DNA from: Callorhinchus milii
Taxonomy: Eukaryota
Direction: 5' to 3'
Assembly (NCBI RefSeq): GCF_018977255.1
Contig: NW_024704743.1
Coordinates: 21,702,001 to 21,766,000, forward strand
DNA: 64,000 bases
Shown: in pieces, positions 37,751 through 49,572 of the stretch
Layout of the letters: each line of letters starts with the position of its first letter
Numbering within the stretch: the first letter of the stretch is position 1
Program-made: the position numbers and the translations under genes
The notes under the pieces: generated by a model
What the model was told of the DNA's origin: nothing
Databases searched by the model: none
What the model saw: the letters and a program-made list of their open reading frames with translations, nothing else

Positions 37751-40583
37751 GAACAACAAAATGACACTAATACAGTAAAAGATGCATGTGGAGATTGTGG
37801 ATATGATGTGATCTTGGAGGCAGACTTACAGAGCTGTATTCTGGACTGACTGTGCTTTACCTAGCCCGAATGTTCCCATTAAGCACATGTCCTCACAGAA
37901 TCAAAGATTCTCAAAGTTTATGTATGTGTGATCTCGGTTGGAAATTCCTAATGTGCACAAGTTATTCACTGCCTCTCCAGCATAGGCTACATTTCCTTTG
38001 AGTACAATCTGATTTTGTACGTAGTTTAAATTTGCGCAATCTTTAACTATCAAAGCATGGCTATTTCATCCAGATTTCTTTGGTTTGGCTTTTATTTGCT
38101 TTCATCAGTGCCTACGCCTGTGGCTTCTTTTAAGTTGCACGATGCATTCAGTGGTTTTTTTTGTGTAAAAGCATAACATTCTTGCGGCTAATTAGGGCAT
38201 TATTTCTGGCTCCATTGTTCGTATATATCAGTGCACGAACATGGCATTCAGAGCAAAAAGGCTTATTTTTAAAGTGTCTCTTCATGATTTGCTAGCAGAG
38301 TCGGCTTTAAACTGATAACATGTAGCCGGGAGGGAGGGGGGAAGAGGCAATAAAAGACGTAATAAAAAGTAAAAAATATCACACTGCACTTGTTCTCAAA
38401 ATGAGGAAAGTGGGAAATACATTGGAAATTAAGCATATGTAAGATGCAGATACAAAATGGATTTGAAGAGACTTTGTAACATGACTGACTGAGCACCCGT
38501 TTCCCCACACAAAGAAAATTGAGAAATAAGGTCTGCAACAGCAGGAACACTTCTTTAGACCATGCAGATATTTCAGTTTTTGTAGCACAAATTGTAATTA
38601 TCATCGCCAAAGAAAGCACCTAAAATTGAAGCACTGAAAGCCCTAGTCCTGCTTGCTAATGATCTTTTCTCTTCAGCTCCACAGCCCTGATTTGTTTATT
38701 GCATAATTCACAAATTCAGGAAATGTTCTAAAAATATTGAGCCAGAAATAAGTATGGAACGAGATACGGTAATTTGAACATCCAGCCCACTCCTTCTACA
38801 GATTGGGCAAAAACTACTTTCACCCTTCACTCTAGCTTCAGGAGGAAGTTTCAATGTAGATGCTGTCCCATCCTCATATACCTCTATTTAATTAGAGAAG
38901 CAACGCCTTTTCTTTTAATTACCAGAACTCTTGTAATAAATGTGCCAGCATCCCATTTGTCTTATTGCTTTTTGTATATATGAACTAGATTTTGACGATC
39001 CTTGCTCTTGAACCTCTAGATCTCTCTGTTCATCTTCCCCTCCATGTGTTTTCCTATTTACTACGTACTCCCAACTCTTCCATCCAAATTGATTTATCTT
39101 CCACTTTACAGTGTTAAACTCCACTTTGCTTAAGCGCCTTGGGATGTCCTCCTGACCTGAAAGGTGCAATACAAGTGTTAATTTGTATAGTATTGTTTGT
39201 CTTTTTGCAGTTTTCATCTGTCCTTGTCACATTTTCCGATACCTCCTGCTTCAGCACTCATTCACAAACTTAGAAATATTACCCTCTATTTCTTGTAGAT
39301 TGTTAATTTTGAATCCAAGGAATTCTGTTTTGGGCTGATCCAGGCAAACCCTAAAATTAATATTCTACCTTTAAATGAGTTACATCTGTTATGTTTGTGA
39401 GATGCCACAATAAGACAACTGCAAAATGCCGACAGCTTTGGTTAATCCTGAGGGTCTTAGTCCTTGCCTTGACCTGCTGTAAGTGAATAATTAATGTAAT
39501 CTTTCAACTGCAGGTGTACAGTGCAATGACTTAACTTCTGCTAGTCTAAGTGGAAATAAAATTTTAATGAAGAGCAACTAGGGCTCAAAACACTTAACCA
39601 AATGCTCGGGGTGGAGGGTATTGGGGGTGGGGTTGGGGGGAAAAGAATAGAAATGGGCACGATTTGCATGAAGATTCAACATATATCTGTGCCCATGGAC
39701 ATATGTGGCTGGGGAGGAGATCCAGGCATGATTGAGCTTAAGTGAAGTCCTATTTGGAAACTGATGTAGGGATGCAGCCCTAGTCTTATTGTAAAAGTAG
39801 ATATCGTTTGAGTCTGTGGCTCAGAGGAATAGCATTACGATGCCTATTTACATAGCTACGTTATGAATCAGGAGGTAAATTGAACATTTCTAGCCAAGTC
39901 TTTTGCAGTGCCAGATTTGACAATGCTCAGACCTGAGACCTGCTCTTTCAATGTCACATGCATCTTGGCAGTCGGTAGGAGCGGGGACAGAGGAGGAATG
40001 TGTCAGCGAACAATGAAAGTTTGTGGATGGATGAATGTTCTGGAGGATCTGATAATTTTCCCCTGGAGTTTGAGTGCATGGAGCGAGGTCCAGGCAGGAT
40101 TGGGTACATTTTTCAGGGTCTGTGGAAGGAACACATTTGACATGTTGAGTGGCCTTCTTCCATGCATCCTTTTGTTCTTATGGATTCATGTCTAGTTCAC
40201 ACTGTGCTTTTTATACAGAATTGGTGCAAAAAGCACAATATAAATCAACATCAATGTAGGATATGGAAGCAATTTGGGCTGAAGGTTTACTGCTAAGTCC
40301 CCTATGGTGAGGACAGCACTTTATGATGTTGTGAAATAATTGCAGACTGCATGAATTGATTCAGCCTACACACCAAAAATAGTCAATAGTTCCAGCCATT
40401 TAATGGACAACCCAAGAACTTCCATGGGATCANTTTTTAATGTTATCGAATAGCTGGTCATGCAACTGACTGTTAAATAAGATTGAAAACTAACCACCAG
40501 TTAGCAGAGCTCCACACATTCTCTCAGCTGTTTATAGGCAAAGTACTTTTCAACCTCCAAACAATTTAATTCACAGTTCTTCT

Positions 40584-40666
40584 GCGCATGCGTCGATGGA
40601 TCAAGACTATGTTTCCCGCAATTTAAGGCAGTCAGTAAGTGCGGGAATAATGGAGGATAGGTGAGT
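40584..40666 (+). promoter_or_regulatory. Candidate intronic promoter or first exon, antisense to GPR158
   Basis: GCGCATGCGT (NRF1, RCGCANGCGY) at 40584-40593; ACTATGTTTCCCG (ACTAYRNNNCCCR, ZNF143/THAP11-type) at 40606-40618; donors GTAAGT at 40635 and AG|GTGAGT at 40661. Confidence 0.4.
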
Positions 40667-41700
40667 GGTGTTACGAGGTAGGAGGTGATTATTATGAGTA
40701 GTGCAAATAAATCTAAGTAGTTTTGATCGGAAACTGAATGGGACTCAGTGGAAAGTATGATTTAGGTGATTATCCGATTTAAAAGACAGGACATATAAGA
40801 CAGATCACTTCCAGTAAGATAAATTTGGGAATCAGATGTAATGGATTGTGATACAAATGATTTGAACAATATTGCTTTTATAATCAGTAAATCTTGATAT
40901 AACCATAACATTTCTCAACTACTGCTTATATAGATAAGAGTTAACAGGATTAAATTCTATTAAAATAACTGAGAGAATCAGGATCCTTGGTACTAGATTT
41001 ACAATTTGGAACGACTATTACTTTTGATGCTGCACTGAACTTTAGCACTGCATTGTTTGGGACTGATCGGATGAACTGCAATGTTCTTTTCCAGCTCAGT
41101 ATGTTCCTATTGATCTAATATTGAATCAAATGAAAAATCAAGTCAATGTTTATATGGTGTTCCTCAGGTCACACCGAAGTCTGGCATGAGAACTGAGAAA
41201 GTCAGAGCGATGCACTGGGGTGTCAGGGCAGAGTGGATGAAGGGAGTTATATTCCCTTTGATTAAGGATAAAATCTGTCAAGAATAATGAAAATAGAACT
41301 ACATCTGAACCTGTTCTGAGGCTCCTCTTATATGATTGTTTCACTTCTTATAAGCATTCAGGAAGTGATGTTAGGGGCAACTTGATCACCCAGAAGGCTG
41401 CCATTCTTAGCTCAGAGGAAGTTGGCCACGTGCAGTAAGAGCAGAAGCATTGATTGACGTAACTTCCCATCATAAAGCAATGTTGGAATTTTACAGACTG
41501 ACTATCACCCTTAACCGGTTTGATATTCTCAGCTATGCAACTGCTTTCTGCAATTCCAGAGTTCGTTCTTCTGATCCATTAACATACGCATTAAATACAA
41601 ATGACAGCAAAAATTCTGCTCAACGTTTAATTGCAGGTAAATATCGCAGTTGTTTTAGCATTAAATCAGTAAATAGCCTGTAACAAGATTTACCATTTAC

Positions 41701-41915
41701 CTTACACCTGCGAAAGTGGTAGACCACTAGCATTGCGATGAAGTCCATCAGCATGCAGAAGGCTTGGAACATGATGATAGTTGTGCGAAGGTACTTGTCC
41801 GCCTCAGCGTAGCAGGGGCTATCGTCTTCACACAAGGTGCACCCTTTCCTGCAGGGCATGCACTCGTAAATGCTACCATGCTTGCCTTGTACAGTGACAT
41901 CTTCTTCATCGTCCC
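41701..41915 (-). CDS. GPR158: GPR158-family coding exon (equivalent of exon 4): (G)DDEEDVTVQGKHGSIYECMPCRKGCTLCEDDSPCYAEADKYLRTTIIMFQAFCMLMDFIAMLVVYHFRRCK, Cys-rich stalk plus TM1
   Basis: Acceptor gttttAG at 41916-41917, donor AAG|GTAAAT at 41699-41700. 215 nt completes the phase-1 codon of the previous exon (1+215=72 codons). Matches recalled GPR158 CLPCREGCPFCADDSPC...DKYLRLAIISFQALCMLLDFVSMLVVYHFRKAK. Confidence 0.95.
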
Positions 41916-42000
41916 CTAAAACACACCCCATTACAAATATTTAGCCTCAGTCTTAATGGTCATTCTGGTCTGTGTGCTCATTGCATTTGCGAGAGGAAAT

Positions 42001-42343
42001 AATAATAGTAATAATAATCCTTGCATTTGATATAGTGCCTTATCACGTCTTGGAGACGTCTCAAAGCGCTTCACAGAATATACTGTAAAGCGAATTAACT
42101 TAATTTTGTGGGCAAAACACGGCAGCCAATTACGCACAGTTGTGGATTGAAGTGACCAATTTTTTTTCAAAGATTACCCCGGAAAAGCAATCCGGCAATC
42201 GACTAACCGGGTTTCTACTTATTGTGAGGTAAACAGAGGCGTGTGGAGTAAGGAAACTTGCCCAACATTTCGCCTTGCCAGGAATCGAACCCAGGTCTCT
42301 CGTTTGCGAGGCCAGTGCTGTAACCACTGAGCTACAGGACTCC
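42001..42343 (-). mobile_element. SINE family A, full length, in the 1.25 kb intron between exons 3 and 4
   Basis: Reverse complement of the family A consensus from head (ctgagctacaggactcca) to (AAT)n. Confidence 0.92.
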
Positions 42344-43162
42344 ATGATAAGTGTTATTCTTACATAGAATTACATAAAGTGATATTGCACGGAAACAGGC
42401 CATTCGATCCAACTAGTTGTTCTAGTGTTTATAATCCACATGAGCATCCACCCCTCCTATTCCTTCATCTATTCTCCTCTACTTCCTTCTCCCTTATGTA
42501 GGCATCAAGTTTTCTCCTAAACACTTTGATGTTATTTACCTTAACCACAGCTTCTGATAGTGAGTTCTACATTCACACTCTGTGCATAAAATAGTTCCTC
42601 CTAAACTCTCCATTAGATCCACTGGTTTACTGGCTATCTTATATTTACACACCTTCTAGTTTTAGACTCACTAACAGATTATTAACATCCATTTTATCAT
42701 ATCCTTTGAGAATCATAAACACTCTTATCAGGTCCCCTCTCAATCTTCTCAACTCTAAAAAAAAAGCTGCAACCCTTCTTATTTCTCTCGATAGCTATGT
42801 CCATTCATCCCTTCCAATCAGAAAATTCTGAGATGTTTTGTGAACTAATAAATACCTCTATTGCAATTTTAAATTGCTCTGGATATTTCTCACCCTGTAC
42901 TATATGCATATGACAGAATGTACATTACTAGGCTGTGGGAAAGCTTATTTTTAATTCATTATATAAATCAAATGTGCTTAAAGCATTTTTGCACATTCCC
43001 CAGGCAAATTAAAGTTGCAAAGTACGAGAAATAACACTCCTTAGATGATTCTGTAAGACTAGATTCTAAGCCCGTGGGAATTAAGTGTACGTCCCCGACA
43101 AGATTTTAAGAAAGGGATGTTACATTATTAATTGAACTATTTCTTTTCAAGCAAGCACTTAC

Positions 43163-43265
43163 CATCAAGGCCTTTCGGAGAGACACCAGTGGGACGGTAG
43201 AATCCAGTCTTGCAAAGACAGTTGTAGCTTCCCAGTATAAATCCTTGGCCTTTTGGTGAGAAGCA
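43163..43265 (-). CDS. GPR158: GPR158-family receptor internal coding exon (equivalent of human exon 3), EGF-like/Cys-rich segment CFSPKGQGFILGSYNCLCKTGFYRPTGVSPKGLD(G)
   Basis: Acceptor ...ctttacAG (ct at 43266-43267), donor G|GTAAGT (ac at 43161-43162). 103 nt, phase 0 in and phase 1 out. Peptide resembles recalled human GPR158 CMPIKGLGFVLGAYECICKAGFY. Confidence 0.9.
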
Positions 43266-43769
43266 CTGTAAAGGGGGATTAAAAACACGGAGTGACTTCA
43301 AGTAACCTAAATTTAACTGAACACCTAACATTTGGAACCCCTCCGCCTCGCACCCCCCGCCAACACTCCCTCTTTAAAACCCACTTTAAAACTAATCTCT
43401 TTGACCACACGTATGGTTATCTCCCCATTAAGAGGGAATCTGGGCTTAAATCCTGGTTTAGTGTAGTGGCCCTAGGCTATTCAAACCTGGTCAGTTTGGC
43501 TCAGGAACACATGGACCATCATGGAGACCAATAAACCAACCATGCATGGACATTTGCATGTTAAAAAAGCAACCCACTTATTTTAAATTTACAACAATAA
43601 CTACAACTTGCATTTATATAGTGCCCTTAACCTGGGTAGCGTCTTGAAGCGCTTAACAGCAGCGGGGTTTGATGGTGAAATTTACACGTGATATGGTAGT
43701 ATCCATTTTCGAGAGGAGCATCTTAAGTATGTATCAACGACACACAATACAGTTGTTATAGCTTTTGAC

Positions 43770-44930
43770 GGCATATGCCGAGTGTGCCTCTGAAGATGTG
43801 AGCGGAGAGGTCAGAGTGGCCGGAGGAGGCCTCGAGTCACCAACAGGCAGTGACCGGCGAGGGGGACAAGGGGCCGATGTTCCAGGAGCTGAGATACCAT
43901 TTCAAAATTTCCCTCCTGGACCAACAGCCCAAACCGCCCGCGAGATGTGACTTCTGCACGCTGTTTTTTCAAACCCTCCACAGGCTAAGTAAACTATTTT
44001 GTTTCTATTTCCGCTCCCCAGTTCAAACTCAGGTCGAGTATAGTTTTATTTTGATTCACCTCCTTCCCTTCCTGTCCTCTCTCACTTCTCTCCTCTCTCT
44101 CTGTTCTCTCTCTCTCAAATCCTCTCTGAATTATCTACCAGATCAGGCAACCTGGTAAATAACACTATGGCTCTCCTCCCTCTCTCTCCTCTGCAGTGTC
44201 CCCTCTAGCCTCCCACGGCCCCCCATGCCTATGGGCTGATGATGCCTCGCTGATCACGTTGGTCCCAATGTGTGGTGTCGCCCCTGACCGAAGCCACCCC
44301 CTCCCAAAATTCCTTCGCTCCTATTCCCCCCACCCTTCGTTTCTCCCTCTCAGTCCTTCTCTCCCCATCTTCTGTCTCTCTCCTGGAACCTCCTACAGCC
44401 TCTCTCTGCTCCAGCCCGGGCATCCTCCTCTGCGCTCACTTCTGCACTCAGCCACCCCGACTGCCCCATCACTCACCCTCTCCACAAGGCCTGCCTCCCC
44501 CACCTCCGACAGGTAAACCCCACTTCTCTCATCCACATCTTTGTCAACTCTCCCTCCTCATACTCAACAGTGGTCCAAACCCCACAATATACCCCCAAAC
44601 ACTTCTCATCACACCTCTCACCCCAACCAACGTGGCGGGGGGATGGTCCTCATCTCCCAAACCTCCCTTGGTCTATTCCCCTGTCCTCTGGCTGTATCCC
44701 CTCTTTTGAGCATCTCACCCGCTACCATCTCAACTACCTCCCTCAATCCCTCCGCCTTGCACCCTCCCGCCCCGCTTTCAAATCCCACCTAAAGACTTTC
44801 CATTTTGATCGTGCTTACGGTCACCTCCTCCCTCCCTCTCCCGCTGCATCGGGGGTCAGATCCCGCCACTTTCAAGCTCTCCAGGACGCTGCCTGGCATG
44901 AAGTACGCTATATAAATGCAAATTGTTGTT
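43770..44930 (+). mobile_element. Internally deleted L2: putative 5' region and start of the endonuclease fused to the 3' end
   Basis: HPNQRGGGMVLIS (APE-like RGGGV motif) near 44620-44660 runs into cctcaatccctccgcctt...cgctatataaatgcaaattgttgttg. Confidence 0.7.
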
Positions 44931-45959
44931 GTAACTACATTATCTACATTACAGTGTCTTACACTTTCTGCAATACTCTTCAAGTGCACTAGGGAGCTCT
45001 GGCATTAATTTCTCCACTGTGACAAAGGAAAACCTCGTCCTCTCCTAGTTTGGAGGTGGGTTAACAATCCTCAATATAAATAGATCACATTAGAACCTTA
45101 TGCAACAATAATCTTCACAGGTGAGATTTAGTCCACATTTGTATCATTTGTTATGTGCAGAGTATTCTTTCAGGATTCAGATTTTTTTAAAAATGTTTAC
45201 AAATGTAAACGTTTTGAAAGAAAAAATGCAAATATTAAATCAAGGACCTGTCTGCCTGTTCAGGCAGATGTTAAAGATCCCTTAATAATAATATTAATAA
45301 TAATACTTGCATTTGATATAGCACCCTTATCATGTCATTCCGACATCTCAAAGCGTTTCACAGAATATACTGTAAAGGGAATTGAATATATTTTGCGGGT
45401 GAAATGCGGCAGTCAATTGCGCACAGCATGGCACTATTCGAATAGAGAAGGGAGTTTCACTCTGTGTCCTGGTCAGCTATTACTCCAATAAAATTGGTAA
45501 TTCACTTCATGACTGTTTGCCGTGTGCAAATTGGCTCTGCATTCTCCAAAAATACACAGTCACTTCATTTTCCAGTATATCCTGTGAAGATCTTTGGGAT
45601 GTCCTCCCAACTTGAAAAGGTACGTACTAAAATTAAGGATTATTACTATTAATAATAATAAACAGAACACATTGTACACAATCAAACATTGGTAACTTGT
45701 CAGAGTTCCCCTTTCACTGGTAATAATTTGTCTGCTGAGGTGTGAATAGTATGAATTCAAAGATTTATTTGATTGAACCATTTAATAATTACAAATAAAT
45801 AACCCTTATATTTGATATGGCACCTTTCACATTGGGAGGACGTTTCAAAGATGTTCATAGGATATACTGTAAAGACTATATTTTGTAAATGAATGCAGCA
45901 GCCAATTTGCGCACAGCAATGTCCCACAAACAGCTAGGAAGTGAGTCATAATGAAGAGA

Positions 45960-46735
45960 ACAACTTGCATTTATATAGTGCTCCTCACGCAGAGTAGCGT
46001 CCCAGAACACTTGACAGTGGCGGAGCACGATGCCGAGCTGGGATTAGGGGGAGGTGACCGGAGGCACAGTTGAATAGGAAGGTTTTCAGGCGTGACCTCA
46101 AGATGGGGAAGGAAGGGGCAAGGTTGGGGGATAGAGGAAGAGTCTTCCAGTGTTTTGGGGCATAGTGGCTGAAAGTGTGGCCACCAAGGCTGAAACAGAG
46201 GGCACGAGGGACATGCAGAAATCCGGAGCCAGTCGAGTAGTGGCAGCCATTTAAAAACAAATGTGAGAATCTTGAAATCGACCTGTTCAGTGATAGGGAG
46301 CCAGTGCAGTCTGGCTAGAACTGGTGTGATTGGGGGGTACGGAGTTTAGTGCGGGTGAGTATGCGGACGGCAGAGTTTTGGATAAGCTGGATCCTGTGCG
46401 TGGTGCTGCTGGGGAAACCGACAAAGAAGACATTTGAAAAGCCCAGTCAGGAGGCGATGAATGCTTAGACGAGTGTTTCGGCTGCATTCTGGGGTAAGGT
46501 ACGGTCGGAGGCGGGCAATACAGCAGAGATGGAGGAAGGTGGTCCTGGTCAGGGGCTGGTGGTGGGGAAGGAAAGACAGCTGTTGGTCGAACCTGATGCC
46601 TAGATTCTGCACTGTATCGGTAAATCTGAGAGACAGGCCGGGGAGGTTTAGGAGGTCAGAGCCGGAACTTAGAAGATGTTGATGGGAGCCAATGAGTATG
46701 GCTTCCATCTTGTCAACATTGACTTGTAGGAAGTT
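45960..46735 (-). mobile_element. L2 LINE 3' portion
   Basis: NFLQVNVDKMEAILIG, VQNLGIRFDQQLSF; L2 terminus near 45960. Confidence 0.9.
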
Positions 46736-46995
46736 AGATAATCCTTTGCTAGAAGGATCCAGAAACAAGGCGACATAGTCTTAAAATCAAAGCTAGGATG
46801 GTTAGAAGTGAAATCAGAAAACATTTGTTCTCATAGAGGTTTGTACAAGTGTGGAATTCACTGCTTTGGAAGGTTGTAGAGGGCAAACCAATTTGAATAT
46901 TTAAAAGGAAGATTAGACAGACAAATGGACAGACAGACCGGAGAGAGAGAGAGAGAGGCAGACAGACAGACAAACCGGAGAGGGAGGCAGGCAGT

Positions 46996-47038
46996 CACAC
47001 ACACACACACACACATACATACATACATACATACATAC
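46996..47038. repeat. (CA)n/(CATA)n compound microsatellite in a CR1 remnant
   Basis: Direct read. Confidence 0.9.
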
Positions 47039-49216
47039 TTGAGAAGTAAGGATATTAAACAGTATGAAGAAATATTAGAGGAATGGGATTAAAAGATCTG
47101 GCATCATCAGAATGTCATCCTACTGTTCCAATGTTCTTAATTTCCTAATTCATTTAACCTTGTCAAATTACTGGGTCAAGAGTACTGTTATGGTGCAGTT
47201 GATCGATGCACACAACAGCTGAAGTAATTTAAGAGCTGTTATCATAACACTGAACAATTTAATGTTGTTACTGATTTTTAATCCAACAACTTTCCATAAA
47301 AATAAGCTGTTATTTATGATCTATTTTCCTCCCACAGTATTCTCACCATGGTGAGAAGGTCCACACAGATCTCTTGACGTCTGTTCAAAGAATTTCATTG
47401 AAGGATTGTTCTATACGTTTGATTCAAGGAGATTTTTAAATGCCGAGTTGATGCACAAATGTCTGCCCTCACACAACAACAACAATTTACATTTATACAG
47501 CACTATTAATATCAGGAGGACGTCTCAAAGCACTTGACACAGACCAGCAGGTCCTGTCAGTGCATCAGAGATTGTGCAGTGGCACAGCTGACAGTCTCAG
47601 AGATCCAACAAGTCTGTGCCAGGAAGAAGTGATCCACTGGGAATAGTCTCTGTGAGTGTAATCACCACAGGAACTGCGATACCTTTGCTCAAGAGCATTG
47701 ATGAATTACCCTCAGGATCAGCAGCTCATTCAAGTCCTGGCCTTTCTTTATTATAATCTGCTCCACATTTAGAAATGCAACTTTCCATCTGCCCTACTCC
47801 TACTTACATAATAATATTATAATAATCCTTGCATTTGAAATAGAGCATTATTACGTCTGCGAGATGTCTTAAAACGCTTCACAGAATATACTCTAATGTG
47901 AATTGACTGTATATTTTGTGGGCGAAAACAACAGCCAATTGCACACACCAGTGTCCCACAAACAGTTGTGCATTCAGTAACCAAATAATTATTATTATTT
48001 TTTTGAAGGGATTATTACCCTTGGAGAAGTGATCCATCAATCGACTAACAAGCAGGTTCCTACTTACTGCTAAGAAAACATAGGCGTGTGGAATAAGAAA
48101 ACTTGCCTAAGGTTTTGGCAATCCTACTTAAAGGAAGCACAAGGTAGATTGGTTGGCACAGAGCCGAAAAGGAAGATCATATGATGCACTATGTAACGTG
48201 CACAATGGAAGACATTTCAACAACAACTTGCATAGCGCCCTCATGGAGGGAAGCATCCCAGAACGATTGACAGCAGCGGAGTCTGATGCCGAGCCGGGGG
48301 GAGGGGGAGGTGACTGTAAGGACGGTCAAAAAGGAAGGTTTTCAGGCATGACCTGAAGAAGGGCAAGATGGAGGGATTGAGGGAGAGTGTTTCAGAGTTT
48401 CGGGGTCCAGTGGCTGAAAGCGGGGCCACTGATGGTGGAACGGAGGACACAACGAACCAAACAGGAAGCCGGAGCCAATCGGGAATAACCATCACTGCTA
48501 ATGATGCGTTGTCAAAACTGTTATTTATGAACTCAACAAACACAAACATCCAGTTATAAACTGAAAAATGAGGCAGGCATTTCCAATGCTGGCAAAGAAC
48601 AAACCTCAGGCAGCTGCTTACCTTAGGGAGCATATAAAAAGGAACAATGCACACAAGGTAATATCCTCTCACAAAAAGAAACCTTTAATAATTCATTGCC
48701 AATCTTCTCTTGTAACTTGTTGTGGAACAATGGCATCTAGTTCAGTGTAATCACCTGCCTGCCCTGCTCTGCCAACATGCAGTGAAGCCTCATTACAGTG
48801 CAGAAGTTCAGGTTCATGAAATGTGCGTCAGCCTAGCTCAGTTGGTAGCGTTCTCCCCCTGAGTCAGAAGGCTGTGAGTTCAAGCCCCATGTTGGGACTT
48901 TGAACTCAAGACCAACACTCCAGTGCAGTATCAGGCACTGCAAGAAGCGCTGTCCTTCAGATGAGATGTTAAACTGAGATCCCACAGTTGTATTCAAAAA
49001 AAGAGGACATTTCTCCTGGTGTCTGATCAACAAACCCCCAGACAAAATTGCTTATTCACGGTGTGGCTGTTTGTGGAACATTGCTGTGCGCAAATTGCTG
49101 TGAAGCACTTTGAGACATCTTGATGCCATGATATATCGAATGTAAGGATTTTTATTAAAATAATTTCAAAGATTTTCACAGCAATTGATGTCAAATGTAC
49201 TGATCTATTCTTATAA

Positions 49217-49572
49217 CAATAATAATCCTTTCATTTGATATAGCGCCTTATCACATCTTCAAGACGTCTCGAAGCTTGTCACAGAATATACTGTGAAGTG
49301 AATTGACTGTATATTTTGTGGGCGAAACGTGGCAGCCAATTGCGCACAGCAGTGTCCCACAAACAGCCATGGATTGAATAACCAATTTTTTTTTTGAAGG
49401 AATTATTACCCCTGGAAAAGCGATCCACCAATCGCCTAACAACTGGTTCCTACTTCCTGCGAGGTAAACAGAGGCGTGTGGAGTAAGGAAACTTGTCCAA
49501 CATTTCGCTCTGCCAGGAATCAAACCCAGGTCTCTCGCTTGCGAGGCGAGTGCTCTAACCACTGAGACTCCA
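49217..49572 (-). mobile_element. SINE family A, full length. Other copies: 6428-6584(+), 9812-10170(-), 22412-22678(+), 47811-48120(-), 60128-60220(-), 61862-62181(-)
   Basis: Same head, body and tail blocks seen by direct comparison between copies. Confidence 0.9.
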
